Below, piece by piece: positions 10,702 to 21,413 of a DNA stretch of 64,000 bases. Position numbers and translations under genes: made by a program. The notes under the pieces were generated by a model that had not been told where the DNA came from, did not search any database, and saw only the letters and a program-made list of their open reading frames with translations. Source of the DNA: an uncultured Chthonomonadaceae bacterium (lineage in GTDB: Bacteria; Armatimonadota; Chthonomonadetes; Chthonomonadales; Chthonomonadaceae); contig CAWFQB010000005.1 of assembly GCA_963817895.1 (NCBI GenBank), forward strand, positions 192,001 to 256,000, in the 5' to 3' direction. Position 1 is the stretch's first letter, and each line of letters opens with the position of its first letter.

Positions 10702-11104
10702 TGAACTATCTCCTCTTGCGCCAATCAAACACCAGCAATCGCAACGTTTCGTCTTCTATAAGGTTGTGTCCCTCCAACGTGTCGAAATATTCGTTGTAAG
10801 CAATATCAGACACAGCCAAATAGAGAGCGCGCTGCGTATCCAGTCGCCGCAACAGACTGCGATATAATATATACTGCCCCAATGCGCGTTCCAATTCCGG
10901 CATTTCTGTGCGGCCGATCAGGCTCTTGATTTCAACGGCGATTTTGCGCCCCTCTCGTTCCGCAGACAACAGCAGTTCCGCGCCGAGATCAATGTACAAA
11001 TTTTGTTTGCCGCGCTTGATAGTAAAAGGATCATGCGTGATTATCCATCCCCCTTTAATCAACGCGTTTTTGCAGGCATCGTGATAGAGATCAGGTCTTG
11101 ACAT
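10689..11104 (-). CDS. xisH: XisH family protein (PD-(D/E)xK fold), frameshift near C-terminus
   Basis: DLYHDACKNALIKGGWIITHDP, IDLGAE, IAVEIKS, ALGQYILY. Alternate frame ends QEEIVQWIE*. Confidence 0.88.
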
Positions 11105-11235
11105 ACACTTTAGATACGATGTTATGGCGCGAAAATCCTTCTGGCGATTGCGATGAATTGCCAATATTATGCAGGATTCGCCGCCTGCTCTGCCGAATGT
11201 AAAGGCGTACCCATTGCCCGAAAGGAACGCTGCCC

Positions 11236-12990
11236 GTGACTGCCGACAACCCGCTTGATATTCGCTTTGATACCTATTATAACTACGCTGATTTGACCGC
11301 GCGCTTGCAGGCGCTTGTGGCCGCGTATCCCGCTCTGCTGGCGCTGGAAAGCATCGGCAAGTCGCACGAGGGGCGCGATGTGTGGTGCGTGACCGCCACC
11401 AATACGGCTACCGGTCCGGCGGAAGAGAAACCCGCCTTCTGGTGCGACGGCAATATCCACGCGACGGAAGTTTCCGCGTCCTCGGCCTGCCTGCTGATTC
11501 TGCACAAACTCGCTACACGGTACGGCGCGGACGCCACCATTACTCGCGCACTCGACACCCGCGCCTACTACATCGTGCCGCGCGTCAACCCGGACGGCGC
11601 GGAGTTGTATTTTGCCGATAAACCCAAATATATCCGCTCTTCCACGCGCCCCTATCCCTACGACGAAGACCCCATTGACGGCCTGAAATACGAGGACATA
11701 GACGGCGACGGGCGGATGCTGCAAATGCGGATACCCGATGCCAATGGCGCGTGGAAAATTCATCCCGAACATCCCCGTCTGATGGTACGCCGCGAACCCG
11801 CCGATATAGAGGGCAGTTTCTACCGCATTTTGCCCGAAGGCGTGTTGGAAAACTGGGATGGCATGACGCTGGAACTGCAAAAGAACAAGGAGGGGCTGGA
11901 CCTGAACCGCAACTTCCCTGCCAACTGGCGGCAGGAGGGCGAACAGTTCGGGGCGGGACCGTTTCCGGGCAGCGAACCGGAAGTTTACAATCTGGTCAAG
12001 TTTATTTCCTCTCATCCTAACATCACGGGGGCGATCACGTTCCACACGTTCAGCGGCGTGATTTTGCGCCCTTATGGAACACAGGCTGACGACGCGATGC
12101 CCGCTGAAGACCTGTGGACGTTTCAGGCCATCGGCAAGCAGGCGACCGACATGACCGGCTACCCGACCGTGAGCGTGTACCACGATTTTCGCTACCATCC
12201 CAGAGAGGTGATTACGGGCGTGTTCGACGACTGGATGTACGATCATCTGGGCGTGTATGCGTGGACGTGCGAAATCTGGTCGCCGCAGCGTCAGGCCGGT
12301 TTGACGGAGGGCTTCGACAAGAACACCAAGCCGGGATCGTTCAAGTTCATTGACTGGCGGCGCAGCCATCCCATCGAAGACGACATTAAAATGATCGAAT
12401 GGTCGGACACGCAGTTGGATGGCAAGGGCTACGTGGAGTGGAAGCCGTTCACGCATCCCCAATTAGGGCAAATCGAACTCGGCGGCTGGGACGCCCAACT
12501 CGCCTTCCGCAACCCGCCCCCGCAGTTTCTGGAAAAAGAGATCTCTCCGCTTGTAGATTGGGCCATCTGGCACGGCCTCATTGCGCCGGAATTAAAACTG
12601 CATGAGGCCAAAGCTACCCAACTTGCCGACCTTGACAGACAGGATGCGGATGGATGCGCCACCTACTTAATCCGCGTCGTCGTGGATAACATCGGTTGGC
12701 TGCCGACGTACATCAGCAAGAAGGCGTTGGAAAAGAAGGCAGTGCGCGGCGTGGTGGCGGAAATAGAACTGCCGGAAGGCGCGACGCTGAAAACGGGCAA
12801 GAAGCGCGTGGAATTGGGGCAGTTGGAAGGACGCGCGTACAAAGCCGTCGCGCCCTATGGCTGGACAGCCGATACCACGCAGGAGCGCGTGAAGATCGAA
12901 TGGGTAGTTCGTGGCGCACCCGGCAGCGTCGTTAAAGTCGTTGCGCGTCACGAGCGGGCAGGCGTCGTCCGCGCTGAAATTACTTTGTAA
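11236..12990 (+). CDS. M14 zinc carboxypeptidase
   Basis: GNIHATE, RVNPDG, DLNRNF, SEPE, TFHTFSG motifs. Confidence 0.9.
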   Translation: MTADNPLDIRFDTYYNYADLTARLQALVAAYPALLALESIGKSHEGRDVWCVTATNTATGPAEEKPAFWCDGNIHATEVSASSACLLILHKLATRYGADATITRALDTRAYYIVPRVNPDGAELYFADKPKYIRSSTRPYPYDEDPIDGLKYEDIDGDGRMLQMRIPDANGAWKIHPEHPRLMVRREPADIEGSFYRILPEGVLENWDGMTLELQKNKEGLDLNRNFPANWRQEGEQFGAGPFPGSEPEVYNLVKFISSHPNITGAITFHTFSGVILRPYGTQADDAMPAEDLWTFQAIGKQATDMTGYPTVSVYHDFRYHPREVITGVFDDWMYDHLGVYAWTCEIWSPQRQAGLTEGFDKNTKPGSFKFIDWRRSHPIEDDIKMIEWSDTQLDGKGYVEWKPFTHPQLGQIELGGWDAQLAFRNPPPQFLEKEISPLVDWAIWHGLIAPELKLHEAKATQLADLDRQDADGCATYLIRVVVDNIGWLPTYISKKALEKKAVRGVVAEIELPEGATLKTGKKRVELGQLEGRAYKAVAPYGWTADTTQERVKIEWVVRGAPGSVVKVVARHERAGVVRAEITL

Positions 12991-13085
12991 AGCCCTCAAC
13001 CCCTAACCCCTTCTCCCAAAAAGCGTGGGAGAAGGGGAACCTGTTGAAGTAAACTCTCAGTTGTAATGTCAAGTTTGGAGAAAAT

Positions 13086-14291
13086 ATGCTCTGCGCTATC
13101 GCGCTTGTCGCCCTGCTTGCGCCGTCAAAACCTCATGCGGTGAAAACGCCGCCACCCGTGAAAATTTATCCCATCGTGGGCGCGTTCGCTAATTACACCG
13201 TTAAAAAGGGCGATACGCTGTACAAAATCGCCCGTTCGCACAATGTCAGCCGCTGGACGCTCACGCAATTAAACCACGTCAGCAGTAATCGCCGTCTCAA
13301 ACCCGGCAAAGTTCTGCTGCTGCCGACCATGCACATTCCGCCGCGCAATCCCGGCAACGGTATCGTGCTGAACGTGCCGGAACGGGCAGTGTACATCTTC
13401 CGCGACGGGCAGATGAAGATGCGCAACGCCTGCGCGGTGGGGCAGCCGGGATGGGAAACGGCCTTGGGCGCGTACCATCTGGAGCAGAAAGAGAAGAACC
13501 CGACGTGGCATCCCACGCCCACGATGATCGAGCGCGAAAACATCGTTATCAAGGAAGTGGCGGCGGGGCCGGGCAATCCGCTCGGCGACAGGTGGATGGG
13601 CTGGAGTCTGGGCGGGTACGGTTTCCACAGCACCAACCGCCCCGCAAGCATCGGCACAGCCGCCTCGCACGGCTGCGTTCGCCTCTACCCCGAAGCCGCG
13701 CACAAGATGTACGAGGAGGTGAAAGTGGGGATGCCGATCTTATCCGTCTATGAACCCATGACGCTGGGCAGGCAAAACGGCAACATTTACCTGAGCGTGT
13801 TCAACGACATTTATGGCCGGGGGCTGGTGTCGCGCAAACGCGCCAAAGCCATGCTGTCGCAAATGGGCTTGCTGCCGCTCGTGGATGGCGCGGCGCTTGC
13901 CGACATTGTTGCCGCGCAGGACGGCTACCCGCGCCGCTTGATTGGCTCGGACCAGAAACTACAGGTGAACGGCCAGCCGGTTACGCTGCCTGCCCCGCTC
14001 ATATATGCCAATGGACGCTGGCTCGCGCCCGTAGAAGCCGTCGCGCAGGCGTTGGGCGGGCAGGCCACCAAAACCGGCGCGGATGTCTCCGTCACGTCGG
14101 GGCATCACACCTTTGTGCTGCACCCCGCGCAAATGGCAGTGGAGTTCGACGGCCAGAAAAAAGCCAACTTCCCCTGCGCCACTCTGGACGGCATCGCCTA
14201 CGCTCCCCTGCGTTCCCTGTCCGACATGTTTAACACCGCCCTTTCGGAACCAACCAAAGGAACCCTGAATATACAGACAACGCAGAAATGA
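13086..14291 (+). CDS. LysM + YkuD L,D-transpeptidase with C-terminal copper-amine-oxidase-N-like domain
   Basis: YTVKKGDTLYKIAR (LysM); GFHST...SHGCVRL catalytic motif; C-terminal YAPLRSLSDMF. Confidence 0.88.
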   Translation: MLCAIALVALLAPSKPHAVKTPPPVKIYPIVGAFANYTVKKGDTLYKIARSHNVSRWTLTQLNHVSSNRRLKPGKVLLLPTMHIPPRNPGNGIVLNVPERAVYIFRDGQMKMRNACAVGQPGWETALGAYHLEQKEKNPTWHPTPTMIERENIVIKEVAAGPGNPLGDRWMGWSLGGYGFHSTNRPASIGTAASHGCVRLYPEAAHKMYEEVKVGMPILSVYEPMTLGRQNGNIYLSVFNDIYGRGLVSRKRAKAMLSQMGLLPLVDGAALADIVAAQDGYPRRLIGSDQKLQVNGQPVTLPAPLIYANGRWLAPVEAVAQALGGQATKTGADVSVTSGHHTFVLHPAQMAVEFDGQKKANFPCATLDGIAYAPLRSLSDMFNTALSEPTKGTLNIQTTQK

Positions 14292-14334
14292 ACCGCAAAG
14301 AAGCAAAAGGCGCAAAGAAAAAAGGAGTGAAATA

Positions 14335-14448
14335 TTCCCGTACGGTAATTAATCCGACAAAACTCTCGCTCAACGTGTATAATGTTACTGTACGGGAACA
14401 TTGTTGGTGTTATATCTTCCACCAAGACCCTGTATTCTCGCGCGGTAA
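14335..14448 (+). promoter_or_regulatory. Putative HipB operators (3 x 14-bp palindromes) around a TATAAT -10 box
   Basis: TTCCCGTACGGTAA (14335), TTACTGTACGGGAA (14385), TTCTCGCGCGGTAA (14435); TATAAT at 14378-14383. Confidence 0.7.
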
Positions 14449-14469
14449 CATGAAGAGGCGGAGGAGGCA

Positions 14470-14721
14470 ATGAAATACACGTCTGAGAATGTTGGAAAGT
14501 TGGTGAAATTGACCCGTACAGGCATGGGCCTCACGCAAGAGGCGCTTGCGCTGGCTGCCGGCACGGGCTTACGCTTCATTATTGATTTAGAAAAGGGGAA
14601 GCCTACCTGTGAACTTGAGAAATCTCTTACCGTGCTGAATACATTGGGCATCAAGATAAACTTCACCTCACCCGTAGCGGAAGTAAATAGCCACCTGAGT
14701 AATGAGTGGCAAGGTGGCTGA
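14470..14721 (+). CDS. hipB: HipB/y4mF-type XRE HTH antitoxin
   Basis: GLTQEALALAAGTGLRFIIDLEKGKPT; stop overlaps the hipA ATG. Confidence 0.8.
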   Translation: MKYTSENVGKLVKLTRTGMGLTQEALALAAGTGLRFIIDLEKGKPTCELEKSLTVLNTLGIKINFTSPVAEVNSHLSNEWQGG

Positions 14722-15891
14722 TGGCGCGGCAATTAAACGTCTATTTACATAATCGCCATGTTGGGCTGCTGACCCAGGACAATCACGGCGAGATTACTTA
14801 TCAGTACGATGAAATTTGGCCAGCCAGTCCATACGCTCTTGCTTTATCGCAATCCCTTCCTCTGAGAACAGAGCCGTTTTCGCGCAGGGAGTGCAGTGGC
14901 TTTTTCGGTGGTATTCTTCCCGAAGGAGAAAAACGCGCGATTATTGCCCGCAATTTAGGTATCAGCGCGAAGAACGATGTAAAGATGCTGGAGCGGATCG
15001 GGGGCGAATGTGCGGGCGCAATCACATTTATCCCTTCCGGTGAGAGTTTACCCGCGCAACGCGGTCAGTATCGCCCGCTGAGTGACCATGAACTGGCAGA
15101 CATTCTACGAGAACTGCCTCATCGCCCCCTGTTGGCCGGAAAGGATCACGTTCGTTTGTCTCTGGCAGGCGCTCAGGATAAATTGGCGGTTTATGTTGCC
15201 GATACACAAATCTCTTTGCCGCTCGATGGCGCTCCCAGCACACACATTCTCAAACCCGCGATTGAACGCTTTGCGGGCCTTGTTGTCAACGAACTGCTTT
15301 GCATGAAACTGGCAAAAGCGATTGGGCTGCCAGCTCCCTCTGTGGCAAGGGGAAGTGTGGAGGGAATCGAGTATCTTCTGGTCGAACGCTACGACCGATC
15401 AGGGCTGAAGGCCAGTCGTGGAACGGCTGCATCAGGAAGATTTTTGCCAGGCACTGGGGATTGTTTCCGAGAACAAGTACCAGAATGAGGGCGGGCCATC
15501 GCTTCAACAATGCTTTCAACTGCTGCGCGATGTCGCCTCCATCCCCGTCCTTGATTTGGGCCGACTGCTGGATGCAGCCGTCTACAATTTCCTGATTGGC
15601 AACAACGACGCGCATGGGAAGAACTTCTCGCTTCTCTATAGTAGAGAGAACACACAGGCTTGGACAAACTCTTTTGCGCCCCTTTATGATCTGGTCTGCA
15701 CGGCCTACTATCCCGACCTTTCGCCAAGGATGGCGATGAAAATAGGCGGGGAATACGAATCTGCGAGGGTGTCTCCTCAGCATTTTGATCGGCTTGCGGA
15801 AGAGGCCGGCCTGAACAAGCCGATGGTAAGACGGCGTATTCAATCGCTGTCGAAATTCGATTCAATCGAAACTACCTGCAGTAACGCCTGA
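14721..15891 (+). CDS. hipA: HipA family Ser/Thr kinase toxin (frameshift near 15410; true end may be ~15970)
   Basis: LSQSLPL, RLSLAGAQDK, LVERYDR, LHQEDFCQ, GNNDAHGKN, APLYD. Confidence 0.9.
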
Positions 15892-16137
15892 ACATCCTGT
15901 TGGTAACGGTGTCGCAGAGATTATCCACAGCCGATGTAACCGCGCCATAGAAATGTTTCAAAAAGTGACGCGGGGCGCGGACAAACGGCTCCTGTTTTAT
16001 CCTTTTGATTTTGGCGCTTTGTGTCCCGATGGTTTTTGGCAGGCATTGGAACAGGCTTGCGGTGGTTTGCGTCTTCAGGTGGAAAGGCCGCGCGTTCGCA
16101 TCCACTAGAGCAACATCGCGTGAAAACAAGCAATTTT

Positions 16138-17038
16138 ATGAAATCGGGCAAGTGGGCATGGGGCATTGGGTTGAGTATGGTAGCGGTTGGGGGAGTTCGG
16201 GCAAACGCCGCGATTGGCGTTGAGCCGATGGTGGGCGCGAACGCGAAATATAAAGCGCGCAAGGGGGATACACTGCTCAAAATCGCGCGGCGCAACAATT
16301 TGACCCTCTCGGAATTGACGCAGGCCAATCTTGGCAAGGGAAGCGCGTTCGTCCGGGGCAAACGATCAATCTGCCTTCCCTTTACATTCTGCCGCGTAAT
16401 CCTAAGGACGGCATCGTAATCAATGTGCCGGAACATCAGGTGTATTTGTTTGAGGGCGGCGTGCTCCGCGCCCATTATCCCGTTTGCGTCGGGACAGCCC
16501 AACCCCAAATGGCAGACCGCGACTGGAACCTTCAAACTGATTGAAGAAAAAGACCAATCCTACCTGGCATCCGACCAAATCTATTGTGGAGAGTTCCGGT
16601 ATCAAAGACGAACCGGTTCCGCCGGGCAAGGAAAATCCGCTCGGCGACCGCTGGATGGGCTGGAGCAAGCCCGGTTTCGGCTTTCACAGCACCATTGCGC
16701 CGCAGAGTATCGGGACATCCTCATCACACGGCTGCGTTCGCCTGTATCCCGAATCCGCCCACGCCATGTACAACCGCGTAAAAGTTGGCATGACCATCTT
16801 CTCGGTGTACGAGCCGGTGAAATTGGGCAAAAGCAACGGCAAGGTGTTCCTGAGCGTATTTCCAGACATCTACCATCAGGGAATCACCACCCTGCCGCAT
16901 GTTCAGAAGATACTGAAGCAGTTCGGCCTGCTGGGTTCCGTAGAACCAACTCGCCTGCGCCATATCGTCCGCAGTCAAACGGGCATCCCGCAGGTCATCA
17001 GCGTAGGCAAAATAGAACAGGATATTACAGATGCTTAG
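16138..17038 (+). CDS. Second LysM L,D-transpeptidase (frameshifted)
   Basis: YKARKGDTLLKIARRNN; NPLGDRWMGWS.GFGFHST...SHGCVRLYPE; clear paralog of 13086-14291. Confidence 0.85.
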
Positions 17039-18336
17039 AGAGAAGTCACGAGAATTGTTTGCGCAGGCGACGCGGTTATTCCCGGCGGCGTGAATTCGCC
17101 CGTGCGGGCGTTTCGAGCGGTGGGCGGCGATCCCCTCTTCATCGAGCGGGGCGAGGGCGCGTACCTTATAGACGCGGATGGCAACCGCTATCTGGACTGC
17201 ATCGGGTCGTGGGGGCCGCTGGTATTGGGACACGCGCACCCGCAGATTATGGAAGCCATTCAGGCGCAACTTGCGAAGAGGAACCACATTCGGAGCGCCG
17301 ACCGCGCTGGAAGTGCAGCTTGCGCAGATGATCTGCGAGGCGGTTCCGAGCGTACAAAAAGTGCGGATGGTATCGTCCGGCACGGAAGCCACGATGAGCG
17401 CGATTCGGGTGGCACGGGGCTATACGGGCCGGGATAAAATCGTTAAGTTTGAAGGGAATTATCACGGCCACGCGGATTTTCTGCTTGCCAAAGCCGGTTC
17501 GGGAATCGCCACATTGGGACTGCCGGAGTGCGCGGGCGTTCCCGTTGCTGCCACAGCCGACACGCTCACACTTCCTTACAATGACGCGCAGGCGGTTCGC
17601 GACCTGTTCGACGCGCAGGGCGATACCATCGCCTGCGTGATTGTGGAACCCGTTGTCGGCAACATGGGCTGTGTGCCGCCCCATGCCGATTTTCTGCCCG
17701 CCCTGCGCGAAGTGACGGCCGCCAACGGCAGCGTGTTGATTTTCGATGAGGTGATGACCGGCTTTCGGCTGGCATACGGCGGGGCGCAGGAGCGCTACGG
17801 CATTGTGCCCGACATGACCACGCTGGGCAAAATCGTGGGCGGCGGTCTGCCGCTTGGCGCGTATGGCGGCCATGCCGAAATCATGGACGCGGTTGCGCCT
17901 GTCGGCCCGGTTTATCAGGCGGGAACCCTTTCCGGCAATCCGGTTGCGGTGACGGCAGGGTTAGCCATGCTGCGCCTGCTGCGCGAACACAAATCCGAAC
18001 ATCTACCCGCGTCTGGAAACCATCGGGGCGCGTCTCGCGGACGGCCTGCGCCGACTCGCCCGAAACCACAACGTTCCCGTCGTCGTCAATCAATTTGGCT
18101 CGATGGTGACGGTGTTCTTCACGGACGCGACCGAAGTAATCAACTACGCCGACGCTAAAACAAGCGACACGGTTCGTTTCGGCAACTGGTTCCGCGCCCT
18201 GCTCGAAGCTGGCGTCTACTGGCCCCCATCCCAATTTGAAGCCGCCTTCCTGTCCGCCATTATGACGGACGACGACATCGCGTTCCTGCTGGCGGGAGCG
18301 GAGAAGGCTTTTGATGAGATACGAGATAGGAGATAG
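17031..18336 (+). CDS. hemL: Glutamate-1-semialdehyde 2,1-aminomutase (frameshifted)
   Basis: [56 protein letters not shown]. Confidence 0.93.
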
Positions 18337-18395
18337 GAGATACGAGTAAATACCGTTGGTTTTACTGCCTCGTATCTCGTATCTCCTATCTCATC
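18313..18395. repeat. Palindromic heptamer element (AGATA[C/G]G)n...(C[G/C]TATCT)n; supplies the hemL stop codon
   Basis: Arms at 18313-18346 and 18369-18395. Confidence 0.9.
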
Positions 18396-18411
18396 CCTCT
18401 CGGAGTGTGCA

Positions 18412-18969
18412 ATGCGAAAACCGCGTTATGGACGGCCCAACCGGGCGAGTTTGTTTGGCGTGATGCTGCTCAACGGGCTGGTCGGGGCCGTTGTGTTGTA
18501 TCTCGTGTGTACCCTGTTCGGCGTCAGCTCGATTATTATGAGTCAGTTGGCGACGCATCATATTCAGGTTTCCGAAAAGTGGAACGTGGTGCTGCCAATG
18601 CTGCCCGGAATGGGAATCGGCATGGGTTGCCTCTGGTTCTGGCTGGTGCTTATCGGGCGGCTGCGCGGGGTGCAGTGGGGCGGCGCGATGGTGTACGGCG
18701 GCATCCTCACTTGCTGCAACGTGCCGATTGCCGGCCTGCTGCTCGGCCTGCTGGATGGCGTTCCCACCAACGAACTGCCCCTTCTGATGCTGATCGCGTT
18801 TGCCCTGATGCTGCTTTCCCCCGCCATGATCGTAGCGATGATGCTGTCCGGCGGCATCATGGGCCTGTTCAACGCTCGACTGGCGCATGTATGGATTGCG
18901 TGGTACAAAAGAAGGATAGAAAGTAGGGAGTGGGGAATAGGGAGTAGAATAAAACTTTTCTGTTGCTAA
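18412..18969 (+). CDS. Hypothetical multi-pass membrane protein
   Basis: 4-5 hydrophobic segments; C-terminus runs into an (AGTAGGG)n repeat. Confidence 0.6.
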   Translation: MRKPRYGRPNRASLFGVMLLNGLVGAVVLYLVCTLFGVSSIIMSQLATHHIQVSEKWNVVLPMLPGMGIGMGCLWFWLVLIGRLRGVQWGGAMVYGGILTCCNVPIAGLLLGLLDGVPTNELPLLMLIAFALMLLSPAMIVAMMLSGGIMGLFNARLAHVWIAWYKRRIESREWGIGSRIKLFCC

Positions 18970-19033
18970 TCTATACGAGAATATCAAACATGAGCGAAAC
19001 ACAACTCCCCACTCCCTACTCCCTACTCCCTAC
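18922..19033. repeat. Palindromic heptamer element (AGTAGGG)n...(CTCCCTA)n spanning a gene junction
   Basis: Arms at 18922-18947 and 19005-19033; both are translated (ESREWGIGSR / [11 protein letters not shown]). Confidence 0.88.
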
Positions 19034-21167
19034 ACCCTGTATTATCGGCGTTGACACCGGCGGGACGTTTACGGATTTGGTGATACGGGGCGCGGACGGC
19101 GGGTTGACTGTGCGCAAATTGCCCTCCACGCCGCAAGACCCTTCGCAAAGCGTCCTGCAAGGCATTGCGGAGGCGTTGCGGGACGGGCTGATACAATCGC
19201 CCTTCAGCGTGGCGCACGGCACGACGGTCGCCACCAATGCGCTGCTGCAACAGCGGGGGGCGCGTACCGCCCTGATTACCACGCAGGGCTTTCGGGATGT
19301 ACTGGAAATCGGCAGGCAGACCCGGTCGCGGTTGTACACGTTCCACCCTACCAAACCCGCGCCCCTGCTTGCGCAGTCCGCCCGCTTTGAACTGCGGGAG
19401 CGATTGGACTGGCAGGGAAAGGTTCTGGTTCCGCTGGAAGAGGCGGGAACTATCGCGCTGCTGGACGATCTCAAGGCGCAGGGATACGAGTCGCTGGCGG
19501 TTTGTTTCCTCTTCTCCTACCTGAATCCGGTTCACGAGCGTCTGGTGGAACGGCTGGCGCGCGAACGCGGCTTGCCTGTTTCTCTCTCCTGTGACGTTGC
19601 CCCCGAACCCCGCGAATACGAGCGTACAAGCACAACGGTTGCCAACGCCTTTGTCGCGCCCATGATGGCGCGGTATCTGAGCAATCTGGAAACGCGCCTG
19701 CGCGAAATGGGCGCGACGCATTTCCGCGTAATGCAGTCGGACGGCGGGGCGTTGTCGGCAGGCGAAGCGTCCCGCCGCGCTATTTCTACGGCTTTGTCGG
19801 GACCGGCGGGCGGCATTGTGGCGGCCACTCAGGTAGGGAACGATGCGGGTTTCCCGATCTGCTCACTTTCGACATGGGCGGCACAAGCACGGATACAGCC
19901 CTGATTCACGGCGGGCAATGCGCCATCGTCACGAACGGCGTACTTGGCGACTTTCCCCTGCGCGCGCCGATGCTCGACATTCATACCGTCGGCGCGGGCG
20001 GCGGTTCACTGGCGCGTATAGACCGGGCGGGCGGCCTGCGCGTCGGGCCGCAAAGCGCGGGAGCCGATCCCGGCCCGGTCGCATACGGTAAGGGCGAAGT
20101 GCTGACAGTGACGGACGCCAATGTTCTGCTTGGACGCCTGCCGGACGATTTGCGGCTGGCAGGACGGCTCCCACTCGATGGGGCGCGAGTTCGCGCGCAA
20201 TTCACCGCTTTTGCCGCGCAATTGCAATGTAGCCCCGAACAGGCCGCGCTGGGCATTGTGGATGTCGCCAATGCCACCATGGCGCGCGCCCTGCGGCACG
20301 TCAGCGTGGAGCGGGGGCACGATCCCGCGCGGCCTTGACGCTGCTGAGTTTCGGCGGCGCGGGCGGGCTTCATGCCTGCGCCCTCGCCCGCGCGCTCGGC
20401 ATGACGCGAATTCTCATTCCCCGCTTTCCCGGCGCGTTTTCCGCGCTCGGCCTGGCCCTTGCAAACCCTCGCCGCGAGTACGCGCAGGCGATTCCGCCCC
20501 TGCGCCTCGACCCTGCCGATCTGGACAGTGCCGCCCGCCTGCTGGAACCTATTCAAACTAGACTGCGCGAACGCGCCGAACAGGACATGGCGCGGGAAGG
20601 GATTGCAGCCGGACGCATGGCAGGCGCAAATTCTGCTGGACATGCGCTACGTCGGGCAATCCTTTGAACTGCGCGTGTCCACGTCCTGCTCCCGCTAAAC
20701 TTCCCCTGCGCTTACCGAAGCCGCTGCCAGCCTTCCACGCGCTTCATGCACAGCGATTTGGCTACGCCGATACGCGGGAACCAGTTCAAATTACCGCCGT
20801 CCGCCTGATCGCAAGCGGTACGCAATCCCACCCGACAACCGCGCCCCTCATTCCCGCTTCTGCCTTCGGTTCCGCTTCCGATCCTGTCATAAATTTCCGC
20901 GGATACCCAACTTTCTCTCCCCGGAAACGACAAAGGTAGGGACGCAGGCGGGTGTATGTGGAATCCGATTGGCAGGAGATTCCGCTGCATTCGCGCGGGG
21001 CTTTGCTGTCGGGCAGACGTTTGCCGGCCCCGCGCTCATCGTTCAGGAGGACGCCACCACCTATCTTGCGCCCGACTGGCAGGCGCGAAACTGATGCGAA
21101 CTACAACCTACGGCTCATCTATCTCCGCACAGGCATAAAATCGACTTCCGGCAGGAACTTTCCTTGA
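18990..21167 (+). CDS. Hydantoinase A/oxoprolinase family protein (several frameshifts; end approximate)
   Basis: [59 protein letters not shown]. Confidence 0.88.
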
Positions 21168-21413
21168 AGAAATGTTTGTTCATATTTATACCAGGATGGG
21201 TTGACACGATGGTATGCCAAAGGGTATAGTGAAGTTGAGGGATTAAAAAAGTTAAAACTTATAAAATTTATAATATTACGCTCATGACAGGGTTTGTCGC
21301 TGATTTCATTGTCCATACTGCACCCCGGAGTAAGCCATGAGCAGAGACTGCGCGCGCGCTGATTTCATGAAACGACATGGAATGTCGAAACTATCGAAGT
21401 CGGTTCCCTCGAA

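Noticed and set aside
11167..12462. Long antisense ORFs (also 32341-33555, 41876-43084, 52005-53225)
   Set aside because: Shadows of well-supported genes on the opposite strand in GC-rich DNA, with no recognisable motifs.
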